From Sulfolobales archaeon (lineage in GTDB: Archaea > Thermoproteota > Thermoprotei_A > Sulfolobales > AG1), in assembly GCA_038867615.1 (NCBI GenBank), contig JAWBYA010000001.1, positions 96,001-160,000 of the forward strand: a DNA stretch of 64,000 nucleotides, given 5' to 3'. Positions within the stretch are counted from its first letter, which is position 1. Every line of letters begins with the position of its first letter. Below are positions 40,800-52,711 of the stretch, piece by piece. The notes beneath the pieces were generated by a model. The model saw only the letters and a program-made list of their open reading frames with translations, had not been told where the DNA came from and did no database searches. The translations under genes were made by a program, and so were the position numbers.

Positions 40800-41549
40800 A
40801 TGGTGAGGATCTCTATGCCAAGCATAAATGAGATCAAAGCCGAGATACGGCGAAAAATATGGAGAGCAATGGATGAGAAGGGCGTCTCAAGACCCCCTAA
40901 ACCGATCGAGGAGAGGATACCTAACTTCGTGGGAGCAGAAGAGGCTTGTGAAAAGGTATCAAGACTCCCAGAGTTCCTCAGAGCATCTGTGATCAAGATT
41001 AACCCAGACTCTCCTCAAACCCATGCTAGATACCTTGCCCTCTCTATGGGTAAGATCGTTATTATGCCGACCCCCAGGCTTAGGGAGGGTTTTCTACTCC
41101 TAAACCCCCAGAGGATTCCTAGGGATAGGCTTCGTGAAGCCTCCACTATAAGGGGCTCTTTCACATGGGGTTTGAGGGTTGGGCTTAGAAACATACCTAA
41201 GGTCGATCTTGTTATAGTAGGCTCTGTCGCTGTTAACCTAAAAGGGGCTAGGGTTGGTAAGGGGGGAGGGTATGCTGATCTCGAGTACGGTATATTGAGA
41301 GAGCTTAGTGCTGTTGACGAGAACACACCGGTTATAACCACGGTGCACGATATACAGATCCTGGATCAAGAGATCCCTATGGAGGATCACGACCTCCCTG
41401 TAGACATGATAGTAACTCCATCCAGGATCCTGAGGATCGAGAGGGTTTATAAAAAGCCCAAGGGGGTTTACTGGGATAAACTGGATAGCAGGGCGTTTAG
41501 AGAGATCCCTGTGCTCAAGGAGCTCAAAGATCTGGTTGAATCTAGATAG
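40800..41549 (+). CDS. 5-formyltetrahydrofolate cyclo-ligase family (MTHFSD-like)
   Basis: RIPNFVGA, NPDSPQ, GARVGKGGGYADLEY and HDLPVD motifs. Confidence 0.9.
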   Translation: MVRISMPSINEIKAEIRRKIWRAMDEKGVSRPPKPIEERIPNFVGAEEACEKVSRLPEFLRASVIKINPDSPQTHARYLALSMGKIVIMPTPRLREGFLLLNPQRIPRDRLREASTIRGSFTWGLRVGLRNIPKVDLVIVGSVAVNLKGARVGKGGGYADLEYGILRELSAVDENTPVITTVHDIQILDQEIPMEDHDLPVDMIVTPSRILRIERVYKKPKGVYWDKLDSRAFREIPVLKELKDLVESR

Positions 41550-41770
41550 CCAGTTTATAAGTTTCTCCGACATTTATTCCTAATAATGAGGTAAAAATCA
41601 TAGATCTATAGATCTTCATAACAGTTATGCCCCGAATAGCTGCATAAGAACAATACTCCGAGATTCTCTATCTCGCTAGCCCTACAGGCTAAGAAGCCCT
41701 AGATATAAAGATAAGATCGATAGATATAAGGGGATGCTAGGGTAAACGGTATAATATATTCGAAGAGCCT

Positions 41771-42595
41771 TTATCCTTCCTCCTTCATCCTTTTCTCTAT
41801 ATCTTTTACCGCATCGCTAACCCTCACGTATCTCCCAACCCCTATCTCGGATCCTATGATTGTTATTTGTAGCGGTATGTAGCCGTTGCGTGTTAGGAAC
41901 TCTATATCTCCTAGTATGTCTTCTACAGAGCCTTCTCTAACCACTTCTCCGCCTTTCATCACGACTACTCTATCGGCTATCTCTCCTATTAACTGTAGGT
42001 CGTGTCCTATGAGCACTATAGATCTACCCTCCTCTGTTAGGTTCTTCAGGGCTCTCAGGAGCTGTAGGGATCTCTTATAATCTATCCCTGCGAAAGGCTC
42101 GTCAAGGATCAGGACATCGGGTTCCATAGCTAGGATAGAGGCTATAGCCAGCCTATGCCTCTCACCGAAGCTCAGTATGTGGGGCGATATGTTGAGGGGC
42201 TTATCTAGGTCCACTAGCTTGAGAGCCCTCTTGATCCTCTCCTCCATCTCCTCACGTTTCAAACCAAGCCTCTTGAGACCGGCTGTCATCTCCTCATATA
42301 TGGTTCCGCTAAAGATCTGGGCGTCGGGGCTTTGGAAGACATAGCCAACATGGGCAGCAACCTTTGAGGTGGGGGTTTTTCTAGTGTCCATTCCCAAAAC
42401 CCTCACATAGCCTCTATGGGGTTTTAGGAGCCCGTTCATATGCTTGGCAAGGGTTGTTTTACCAGCACCGCTCTCACCTATTATAGCCACCGCCTCCCCC
42501 CTCGAGATCCTGAGGCTAATTCCTCTCAAAACCCAGTCCTGCTCATTGCTATACCTATACCACACATTGTTAACCTCTATAACAGTCTCTCCCAA
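41771..42595 (-). CDS. ECF transporter ATP-binding subunit (EcfA/CbiO-like)
   Basis: GESGAGKT, VFQSPDAQIF, LSFGE and LDEP motifs. Confidence 0.88.
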   Translation of the reverse strand: MGETVIEVNNVWYRYSNEQDWVLRGISLRISRGEAVAIIGESGAGKTTLAKHMNGLLKPHRGYVRVLGMDTRKTPTSKVAAHVGYVFQSPDAQIFSGTIYEEMTAGLKRLGLKREEMEERIKRALKLVDLDKPLNISPHILSFGERHRLAIASILAMEPDVLILDEPFAGIDYKRSLQLLRALKNLTEEGRSIVLIGHDLQLIGEIADRVVVMKGGEVVREGSVEDILGDIEFLTRNGYIPLQITIIGSEIGVGRYVRVSDAVKDIEKRMKEEG

Positions 42596-42772
42596 GCCGC
42601 GTCCCAGCCCTGCCAACCCGATTATACCTAACCTTACCGGACTAAAGAGCACCTCTCAATGTTTAAAGCTGTCTTTATACCTAGGCGGTCGTCCTGGGGT
42701 CTATTTGCTAGCTTATGGCGGAGCATTATTTTATATACTCCCTCTTTATGTATTATAATGGTTTTTGGAGAA

Positions 42773-43723
42773 ATGGAACCTGCTGTGGAGATAGTGGATC
42801 TCGTGAAGAGGTTTGGAAACACTATAGCTGTTGACAAGCTTAACCTAAGTATATATGAAGGCGAGATCTTCGGCCTCCTAGGCCCAAACGGGTCTGGTAA
42901 GTCAACAACCCTTCTGATAATATCGACAGTCTATAAACCAACCTCAGGCGATGTCTATGTCTATGGGAAAAGCGTTGTTAAGAATAGCGATGAGGTCAGG
43001 AAATACGTTGGAATAGCCTTCCAGGAGCCCAAGGCTCTCTGGGTTGATAAGCCCTACGAGATACTGCTATGGCATGCCATGGTTGTTGGGTATAGCATGA
43101 GCGATGCTAGGAGGGTTGTTAAACAGGTTATGGAGGATCTAGGTGTGTGGGAGTATAGGAACAAGATGTTCTCAGAGCTGAGCGGTGGTAATAAGAAAAA
43201 GGTAGAGCTTGCTAAGGTCTTTATCCAGAAGCCAAGGCTAGCTATATTTGACGAGCCTACTGCACAGCTTGATGTTATCACTAAACACCAGGTCTGGAAC
43301 ATGATAGAGGATCTCAGGAGGAATGGTTCTACAATCATTGTTGCGACAAACGAGATGTCGGAGGCTGAGAGACTGAGCGATAGGATAGGGATCATGTATA
43401 AGGGTAGGCTGAGGGCTCTTGGAACGCCTGAGGAGCTTAAAGACGGAATACCTGGGGGAGATATAATAGAGATCATAGTTGATGGGCCTGTGAGGGAGAG
43501 TTTCGTTGAGACTATAAAGAGCGATATAGATGCTGTTAGGATAGATCTTAAGGATGCTGTGATAAGGATCTATGTTAACAAGGGTGAGGAGAAAATAGCA
43601 AGGGTTGTTGATATGTTCTCGAGGGGAGGGTTGAAGGTTAGGCAGATAAGCCTCAAAGAACCCACGCTAGATGATGTTTTCTTCTACTACACAGGGGCTA
43701 AGCTGGCTGGTGATAATAATTGA
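42773..43723 (+). CDS. ABC-2 exporter ATP-binding protein
   Basis: GPNGSGKST, LSGG, FDEPT and PTLDDVF motifs. Confidence 0.92.
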   Translation: MEPAVEIVDLVKRFGNTIAVDKLNLSIYEGEIFGLLGPNGSGKSTTLLIISTVYKPTSGDVYVYGKSVVKNSDEVRKYVGIAFQEPKALWVDKPYEILLWHAMVVGYSMSDARRVVKQVMEDLGVWEYRNKMFSELSGGNKKKVELAKVFIQKPRLAIFDEPTAQLDVITKHQVWNMIEDLRRNGSTIIVATNEMSEAERLSDRIGIMYKGRLRALGTPEELKDGIPGGDIIEIIVDGPVRESFVETIKSDIDAVRIDLKDAVIRIYVNKGEEKIARVVDMFSRGGLKVRQISLKEPTLDDVFFYYTGAKLAGDNN

Positions 43724-44523
43724 GAGAGGATCTAAGAGCCCTTCTCCTGGTAACCCTATGGGATGTTAGGAAGGTTGCTAGGTATAAAGTATTCCTCCTA
43801 ATGAGGTTCGCCTGGTTTATAGTCCAGGTCTCTGTATTCGCTGTCATGATATCATATCTAGTAACAATAAGATCTCTGGGGACATCGGGTATAGGTTATT
43901 ACGAGTACTATCTCTTCGGCGCATACACAGCACTCCTATTCTCGATCTCCATGTTCAGGGGGTATGAGATCGCTGAGGAGTTTGAGGAGGGTATTATAGA
44001 GTATCAATTATCACTCCCGATCAAGAGGAGAATACTTGCTATTGGGAGGACAATAGGTGGAGGTATTGCCTCGTTCATATACACATTGCCAATGATGCTC
44101 TTCATACTATTACTACTCGGGATCACAAACCCTGTCTTAATAGCGATAGCCATTCTATCGGCACTAGCATTCTCAATAGGTATTGTGGGTTTAGCCATAA
44201 ACATAGTCTTTGGCCTTAAATCAGGCGATAAAACAGACATCCTGTTCGGCGTTGTTGATGCCCTGCTCGTGAGGCTCAGCACGATCTTCTACCCACTCCC
44301 CTTCCTATCGGTCTTTCCACCGTATTTCTATGCTGCTATGTATAACCCGCTCTCAAACATGGCTGATTTTCTGAGAGCCCTCTTCTTCTTCCAAGACCTC
44401 AAGATCTTCATACACGCTCCCCCAGAGAACCTGATATCCTATATAGTAGGGCTTGCAGTAGGCTTGTCAATCCTAGCCATGCTCTTCATAGAGAGGAGGG
44501 TTGAGGGTGGTGGGTGGAAATGA
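43720..44523 (+). CDS. ABC-2 exporter permease
   Basis: Six hydrophobic helices, STIFYP, YNPLS; 4-bp overlap with the ATPase gene. Confidence 0.88.
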   Translation: MREDLRALLLVTLWDVRKVARYKVFLLMRFAWFIVQVSVFAVMISYLVTIRSLGTSGIGYYEYYLFGAYTALLFSISMFRGYEIAEEFEEGIIEYQLSLPIKRRILAIGRTIGGGIASFIYTLPMMLFILLLLGITNPVLIAIAILSALAFSIGIVGLAINIVFGLKSGDKTDILFGVVDALLVRLSTIFYPLPFLSVFPPYFYAAMYNPLSNMADFLRALFFFQDLKIFIHAPPENLISYIVGLAVGLSILAMLFIERRVEGGGWK

Positions 44524-45293
44524 GGTCATATGCTAGGGGTATACAGATAGTGGTTATGAGGGATCTTGATAGGTTCTGGAAGTATAAGTGGTGGCTCGCA
44601 GGCCTGATCACAATGAACCTGACAGATCTCTTTATATTCGCCCTGATATTTAATGGGATAGTTAATAGAGCCTATATAGATAACTACCTATTATTCATAG
44701 CACCAGGTATAACGGCTATAGCAACCTTTGCATCAGCCTTCTCAATAGGGAGGGAAGTGGGAGTAGAGGTTAGGAGAGGCTATACACAATATCTACTAAG
44801 CCTCCCGCTCACAAGGTTTCAGCTATCAATCGGCAGGATCCTTGGGGGCGCTTTGAGGGGGCTTATATACCAGATCCCCTTCATAGCCCTTCTCCTAATA
44901 CTATACTGGAGCATCCCGAGTATAGAGAAGTTCTCGATCATGATCGCTACATCGGTTATGCTCACGATATCGATGTCAAGCCTCTCAATAACGATCTCAA
45001 CAGCTGTTAGGAGCTTCGATCTCCAGGCTACTATGAGGAGTTTCACGTATTTCGTGCTATTCTTCTTCTCAAACGTATTCTACCCAGATGCATTGATAAG
45101 GAAGTACTTCCCAGAGATTCTATATATAATTATATCCAACAACCCTGTCTCCATAGCTACCAGCATATACCGCTGGATCTTTGGTGTAATGCCTGTAGAA
45201 GATCCATTAATACTAGTGATTAAAATGATCATATGGTGCTTGGTGTTCTTCATACTAGGCAGCTTCTTCTATCTAAGAAACCTCATGGCATAG
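44520..45293 (+). CDS. ABC-2 exporter permease
   Basis: YLLFIAPG, FSNVFYP and NNPVS motifs; ATGA overlap with the previous gene. Confidence 0.88.
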   Translation: MRSYARGIQIVVMRDLDRFWKYKWWLAGLITMNLTDLFIFALIFNGIVNRAYIDNYLLFIAPGITAIATFASAFSIGREVGVEVRRGYTQYLLSLPLTRFQLSIGRILGGALRGLIYQIPFIALLLILYWSIPSIEKFSIMIATSVMLTISMSSLSITISTAVRSFDLQATMRSFTYFVLFFFSNVFYPDALIRKYFPEILYIIISNNPVSIATSIYRWIFGVMPVEDPLILVIKMIIWCLVFFILGSFFYLRNLMA

Positions 45294-45322
45294 ATAACCA
45301 TGGCGCATGCTAACTCTATCAC

Positions 45323-45681
45323 GCCGTAGCCAGCTGCTTCGAGCTTCATGATGGTTTATAAGGATTGATATTAAACTCGAGGTTCTGCAGTAATGGAACA
45401 TTATATAAGCTCTTATATTTCACTGGGATGACCGCCCAACAATGAGGGTAAAAATAAAGACCCGAGGGGCGGGTTAAAGGCAAAAAGAGATCCAGGATGT
45501 GGAGGTTTCCCCACAGCAATGAACCAGAGAAACTCAATGAAGGGGAGCTGTGGGTTGGGGTCACCCTGAACGGGTGGAAGCCGAGGATATGGGCCCCAAT
45601 GAAAGGAGCCCTGAGGCCTATGAAACCAAGGGCTGAGCGGTTGATATCAAGCAATATCAACCGCTATGAAGCCTGAACCCC
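45323..45681 (+). mobile_element. Family 1 element, copy F (long form)
   Basis: GCCGTAGCCAGCTG left end to ATGAAGCCTGAACCCC right end; colinear with copy B. Confidence 0.88.
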
Positions 45682-45812
45682 TAAGGCTACAAAGGTTAGG
45701 GATATCTAGATTTGTTCCTGGTTTCAGCACTATCGTGAAATACCCTGCCAACTGTATCGATAAGGGATCATGTTTAGGATACCTTTTTATACCCCCTAGG
45801 ATATCTTTTTAA

Positions 45813-47423
<1,611 letters not shown>

Positions 47424-47587
47424 AGCACTTCTACAACGAGGTTTATATAGATAAAATGTTTTGGTCAACTATGTAGCTCTCTATTACTACCCAGCACTAA
47501 AGCTAGATCTATCAAAGCTTAGCAATAATATTCGCTATACAGGTTCTCGGCAGCGGGGTCGGGTTTTACATTGATCTTTTGTACATC

Positions 47588-47779
47588 TTATCTCTTCTTT
47601 CCAATTCTATAGTAGATCGACCTAGCAGGCTTGTTGATGTCTGTTGAGCCTAGCGGTACGCGGCTCTCATCTACTGAGAGATCATCGCTTTGATGGCTTG
47701 GAGCATTGCCCATATTGCCCTCTAGGGTCGATATGAAGATCAGATCATCACGAAGGCAACCATATTAAAAGTTTAAATC
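47588..47779 (-). repeat. Diverged dispersed repeat, family 3, copy 3
   Basis: Reverse complement aligns with 18420-18587 over about 170 bp with almost no gaps. Confidence 0.7.
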
Positions 47780-47888
47780 TTTTTAACCAACATCAATACG
47801 AAAGCAGCCCAGTATATGGGTTTTTAACATATCCGTGTTATGTTTCTTCTTATAAGCCTCCTCAAAAATATATGCTTGAGGAGCTCTT

Positions 47889-49295
47889 TTGACAAGCTTC
47901 CTTGAAAAAATCCTCTCCCCAGCCTACTCGCCAGATCTGGATGAGCTCTACCTACTACCCGGGAAAGCGGATCTAGAGCCAAGCCAGATCGATATTTCAA
48001 CATATTTTACGAAAAACATAAGGCTGAAGATCCCTTTGGTATCCTCGCCAATGGATACTGTTAGTGAGTGGAGGTTAGCAGTATCTATAGCGCTAATGGG
48101 TGGTGTGGGGGTTATTCATAGAAATATGTCTGTGGAGGAGCAGGTGAGGAACCTTGAGATGGTTAAAAGCTTTCCCCCAATACCGCTAGAGGATCTATAT
48201 CTCCTTGAGAGGGAACCGTGTGGAAGGGCTATCGATGCTATGAGGAAAAAGGGTGTTAGGAACATGCCTGTAATAGATCCCACAGGATCTTTTAGGGGAT
48301 ACGTGAGGTACAGCGATCTTCTAGAATCCTGTAGAGATGGATCGACACCGATCAATAGATTCATAACCCCAGGCGTCTCATTCGACCTACCCCTAGCCAG
48401 AGAGGCTGTTAAATACATAGCCAGGGGCGAGGGCGATGTGATCGCTATAACCAACGGGGGGATCTATGTTGGTAGTGTAAGTGTGCATGGGGCTATGGAG
48501 GCTATAGATCCTGTTCTCGATGATGATGGGAGACTCTTGGTAGCAGCAGCCATAAACCCGATCGATATTGAGAGGGCCAGAAGGCTTGATAGGCTTGCCG
48601 ATGCAATAGTATCTGATGTTGCCCACTACCATAACAGCGAGATCCTGAGGGCCAGCTCAAAGCTCGTTAAAGAGATATCGACAGACTTTGTGGCAGGCAA
48701 TATAGGGACTGCAGAGGCTGCGCTAGACGCTGTAACACATATCGACAGGATAGATGGTTTTAGGGTTGGGGTGGGAGGCGGATCTATATGTACAACACCC
48801 AATGTAGCCGGGGCTTATGCACCAACCATCTGGAGCGTTGCCAGCGTGAGAGATGCTCTTGAGGCGCAGGGCCTCAGAATCCCCTTGATAGCCGACGGGG
48901 GTCTTAGAAGCGCCTCTGATATAGTTAAGGCTCTTGCCGTGGGTGCTAGCACAGCTATGGCGGGCTATATCTTCGCCGGTACAGACGAGGCTCCTTCGGA
49001 GCTTATAGAGGTGGGGGGAGAGCTTTATAAGCAGTATAGGGGTATGGCTAGTATTACATCTATGATGAGGAGGTTCTCTATGGATAGGTATGCTAAGATC
49101 GTTAAAAACATACCAGAAGGTGTAGGAGGCCTAGTACCTTACAAGGGATCTGCTAGATCTGTTATTAGGGAGGTTGTTGAAGGTATAAGGATAGCTATGG
49201 GTTATGCCGGTGCCAGGAATATAGAGGATCTATGGGCTAAGGCTAGATTCATCAAGGCTAGTAAGAAGAAAACCCTAGGGGGTCGCGATGGCTGA
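47889..49295 (+). CDS. guaB: IMP dehydrogenase with CBS pair
   Basis: SSPMDTV, GVIHRN, GVGGGSICTT, ADGG and YRGMAS motifs. Confidence 0.95.
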   Translation: MTSFLEKILSPAYSPDLDELYLLPGKADLEPSQIDISTYFTKNIRLKIPLVSSPMDTVSEWRLAVSIALMGGVGVIHRNMSVEEQVRNLEMVKSFPPIPLEDLYLLEREPCGRAIDAMRKKGVRNMPVIDPTGSFRGYVRYSDLLESCRDGSTPINRFITPGVSFDLPLAREAVKYIARGEGDVIAITNGGIYVGSVSVHGAMEAIDPVLDDDGRLLVAAAINPIDIERARRLDRLADAIVSDVAHYHNSEILRASSKLVKEISTDFVAGNIGTAEAALDAVTHIDRIDGFRVGVGGGSICTTPNVAGAYAPTIWSVASVRDALEAQGLRIPLIADGGLRSASDIVKALAVGASTAMAGYIFAGTDEAPSELIEVGGELYKQYRGMASITSMMRRFSMDRYAKIVKNIPEGVGGLVPYKGSARSVIREVVEGIRIAMGYAGARNIEDLWAKARFIKASKKKTLGGRDG

Positions 49296-50838
49296 GGGGA
49301 ATAGGGATTACGATTCAGTCATCATAGTAGATTTCGGAGGGCAGTATACGCATCTGATAGCCAGGAGGATCAGGGAGCTCGGTGTTTATAGCGAGATAAT
49401 CCCGGCCAGGGATCTCTCCAGAGAGGTTTTCGAGAGGATCTCGCCCAAGGCAGTTGTTCTCTCGGGAAGCCCTGCAAGTGTTCTTGAGCACGAGCCCCCC
49501 ATGCCTCCCAAATGGATCCTCGATATAGATATACCTATACTCGGGATCTGCTATGGGCACCAAGCCCTGGCTAGAATGCTTGGAGGTAGGGTATCGAGGG
49601 GTGTTGGAGAGTATGGGGGAGCTCGTATCAGGATCGTTAGGAGAGACGCTATATTCGAGGGCTTCGGAGAGGTTGAGGAGGTGTGGATGAGCCACTCCGA
49701 CTATGTTGAGAAACCACCTAGGGATGCCGAAATACTCGCAGTATCGGAGGATACTGGGTATATAGCTTCTTTCAGGATCTCTGGGAAACCTATCTATGGT
49801 GTTCAGTTCCACCCCGAGGTTAGCCATACTGTGAAGGGGAGAGTGCTTCTCGACAACTTTCTAAGACTAGCTGGTGCTAGGAGGGAGTGGAGGCCTAGCG
49901 GTACGGTCGATAGAATCGTTAACGAGATCTCTAGAAGCATAGGTTCTGGAGAAAAGGTTCTCTGTGCCGTGAGTGGTGGGATAGATTCGACAGTAACAGC
50001 CTTATTAGTCAAAAGGGCTGTGGGGGATAGGCTGGTAACAGTATTTGTGGATCACGGGCTCTTGAGGGAGGGAGAGGCTCAGGAGGTTCTTGAAAGGCTT
50101 AGAAAACTGGGCCTCAACCCAGTCTTCATAGATGCTTCTAAGATGTTCTTAGAAGCCCTCAGGGGTGTGAGGGATCCTGAGGAGAAGAGGAGGATAATTG
50201 GAAAGCTCTTTGCAGATATATTTAAAGAGATCGTTGATAGAGATCCTGATATAAAGTGGCTTGCACAAGGGACTACTTACCCAGATGTTATTGAGAGCGG
50301 CTCTTCTCCCCACGCGGCTAGGATAAAGACACACCATAATGTAGGGGGTCTCCCAAGGGATCTTGGTTTAAAGGTGATCGAGCCTCTGAGAAGCTTTTAT
50401 AAAGATGAGGTGAGGGAGCTGGCAAGGGTTTTAGGGGTTCCTGAGGAGGTGATCAAGAGGCATCCTTTCCCAGGACCAGGGCTTGCTGTTAGGATTGTTG
50501 GTGAGGTTAGTGAGGAGAAGCTGAGGATCTTGAGGAGGGCTACTAAGATCGTTGAGGAGGAGTTAAAGACAGCAGGGATCTATGATAGTCTCTGGCAAGC
50601 ATTCCCAGTGCTCTTAGAGAGCAGCTGGGTTGGTGTTAAGGGTGATGCTAGGAGGGAGGGTTATATAATTATAATAAGGGCTGTTGAGAGCGAGGATGGC
50701 ATGACCGCTGAGTGGGCTAGGATCTCTCACGAGATCCTAGATAGGATCTCGAAGAGGATAACCCGGGAGCTGCCTGAGGTAACCATGGTTGCCTACGCTA
50801 TAACGCCCAAACCGCCCTCGACTATAGAGCCTCAGTAA
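49288..50838 (+). CDS. guaA: GMP synthase (glutamine-hydrolysing)
   Basis: DFGGQY, GICYG, QFHPE, SGGIDS, IKTHHNVGG and HPFPGPG motifs. Confidence 0.97.
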   Translation: MAEGNRDYDSVIIVDFGGQYTHLIARRIRELGVYSEIIPARDLSREVFERISPKAVVLSGSPASVLEHEPPMPPKWILDIDIPILGICYGHQALARMLGGRVSRGVGEYGGARIRIVRRDAIFEGFGEVEEVWMSHSDYVEKPPRDAEILAVSEDTGYIASFRISGKPIYGVQFHPEVSHTVKGRVLLDNFLRLAGARREWRPSGTVDRIVNEISRSIGSGEKVLCAVSGGIDSTVTALLVKRAVGDRLVTVFVDHGLLREGEAQEVLERLRKLGLNPVFIDASKMFLEALRGVRDPEEKRRIIGKLFADIFKEIVDRDPDIKWLAQGTTYPDVIESGSSPHAARIKTHHNVGGLPRDLGLKVIEPLRSFYKDEVRELARVLGVPEEVIKRHPFPGPGLAVRIVGEVSEEKLRILRRATKIVEEELKTAGIYDSLWQAFPVLLESSWVGVKGDARREGYIIIIRAVESEDGMTAEWARISHEILDRISKRITRELPEVTMVAYAITPKPPSTIEPQ

Positions 50839-50857
50839 TGTTCTATACCTACGGGTT

Positions 50858-51838
50858 CTATTGCTTGTTCCATGCCTCGATATATTCTTTCAAAGACCCT
50901 GGTGGTTTGATCGATAGGGCTGCTGCTCCATATATTCCCACGTCGTCTCCAAACTCTGTGAAACGGATCATGGGTTTTCTAACGGTTATATATCTATCCA
51001 GATATCTATCCAAACCCTTGGCGAAAGCCTCTTTATTGTTAAGCGCTACAGAGCCCCCCATGATCAGGATCTCCGGGTCGTAGGCGTTTATAGTTGAGGC
51101 GATCCCGGCGGAGTTAACGAGCATGAGGTATTCGTCCACGTATTTTATAGCTATGGGATCTCCTCTAGCATATTGTTCAAAGATCTCCCTGGTCTCGAAA
51201 GATCCTTCCAAAAGCCTCTGACATAGGGGGGATCTAAGCGATCCACATAACCCCTCTCTAGAGACGTATTGGGAGAAGCTTCTAGGAATATTAATGCCAG
51301 AAGCTATCCCCTCCCAGTGCCCATAACCGCCACAGCCACATCTAATGCTAGATGAGTAGTCAACCACCAGGTGCCCTATCTCATGGGCATTCCCATCCTT
51401 ACCTATGAGGAGGTTCCCATCAACTATAACCCCACCCCCTATGCCGGTGCTTATCGTCACATAGAGGATATTCCTATAACCCCTAGCCAGGCCGAGGATA
51501 TGCTCGCCCCATGCTGCTGCAACGGCATCGTTTGCTAAGACAACCCTTAACCCGAGCTCTCTCAAGGGGTCAACGATCCTGAAGCTCTTGATCGGGGCGT
51601 TGGGGGCTCTGGGAACAGATCCTGTTGAGAGGTCTAGAGGTCCTATCGACCCCACACCAACGCCGGCTATGCGGGAGAGGTCACCACCGCTTAGATCGAT
51701 GATAAGGCTTTTCAAATGCTCCTCAAAACCGGATCTGGGAAAGGGACTCTTAATCTTTTTGAGGAGCTCGCCCTCATGGCTGAAAAGCCCAGCTCTTATA
51801 AACGTAGCCCCTACATCTATCCCTATGTGGAGGCTCAT
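50858..51838 (-). CDS. ROK-family sugar kinase (glucokinase-like)
   Basis: GIDVGAT, ANDA, STGIGGG, EIGH and CGCG motifs. Confidence 0.92.
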   Translation of the reverse strand: MSLHIGIDVGATFIRAGLFSHEGELLKKIKSPFPRSGFEEHLKSLIIDLSGGDLSRIAGVGVGSIGPLDLSTGSVPRAPNAPIKSFRIVDPLRELGLRVVLANDAVAAAWGEHILGLARGYRNILYVTISTGIGGGVIVDGNLLIGKDGNAHEIGHLVVDYSSSIRCGCGGYGHWEGIASGINIPRSFSQYVSREGLCGSLRSPLCQRLLEGSFETREIFEQYARGDPIAIKYVDEYLMLVNSAGIASTINAYDPEILIMGGSVALNNKEAFAKGLDRYLDRYITVRKPMIRFTEFGDDVGIYGAAALSIKPPGSLKEYIEAWNKQ

Positions 51839-52021
51839 GGGAGCAACCAAGCATGATTCCTGTGGGAGCAATATATTGTTTAAAAGAAACAGCAATGGTT
51901 CTAAAACAACGATTATCACTATTTGCTACATTGAGCATAGTTGTGGAAAATTTTATTTAGTATGGATATAAATGAGAACGCCTATAAGATTTCTAGCATA
52001 TATTAATCTAGGTGAGTATGT

Positions 52022-52285
52022 ATGAGCGCTAGTGAAAAGAGGGTTAAGGAGTTGCCATATAGAGTGGAGAAAGTGATCGATGCTAGGGGTATGATGTGCC
52101 CTGGGCCGGTGTTAATGCTCAGCTCAGCCATATCACAGCTCCCCTCCGGTGCTGTGGTTATGGTGCTGGCTAGGGATCCCGCTTTTGAGGAGGATCTCAG
52201 ATCATGGGCTGTCTATACAGGCAACAAGATCATAGAGATCAAGAGGGATGGCGAGAATATTATCGCATATGTGAGGAAGAGGTGA
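52022..52285 (+). CDS. tusA: TusA-family sulfur carrier
   Basis: IDARGMMCPGPV motif. Confidence 0.9.
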   Translation: MSASEKRVKELPYRVEKVIDARGMMCPGPVLMLSSAISQLPSGAVVMVLARDPAFEEDLRSWAVYTGNKIIEIKRDGENIIAYVRKR

Positions 52286-52289
52286 TCCC

Positions 52290-52700
52290 ATGTTCCAGGA
52301 GGCAGCGGATCTAGCGATCATAGTTAGATCCGATAAACCTGAGAGCGTCTACCCAGCATTCATACTAGCAACAACAGCCGCAGCGATGGGTATGAAGGTT
52401 GAGATGTTCTTCACATTCTGGGGGCTTAAAGCCATTACCAAGGGGGGTGCTGATGATATAGAGAGAAACTTCTATGAGGAGCTGAGATCCAGGGGTTTTG
52501 AGCCCAAAGGCCTCCCAAGGCTGAAGGATCTCATAGCCATGGCTCAGGGATCGGGGAGTGTTAAGATCTATGCTTGCTCAACAACTATAGAGGCTATGGG
52601 GATCTCGAGGGAAGCAATACTGGAAGGATGCCCGATAGTTGGGGCAGCAACATTTCTTGCAAAACATGGTAAGGCTGGGTCTAAGGTTCTTATTTTTTAG
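52290..52700 (+). CDS. DsrE/DsrF/DrsH-like sulfur transferase
   Basis: AAAMG...FFTFWG and YACSTT motifs; adjacent to tusA. Confidence 0.87.
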   Translation: MFQEAADLAIIVRSDKPESVYPAFILATTAAAMGMKVEMFFTFWGLKAITKGGADDIERNFYEELRSRGFEPKGLPRLKDLIAMAQGSGSVKIYACSTTIEAMGISREAILEGCPIVGAATFLAKHGKAGSKVLIF

Positions 52701-52711
52701 AAAAGCAGCTT

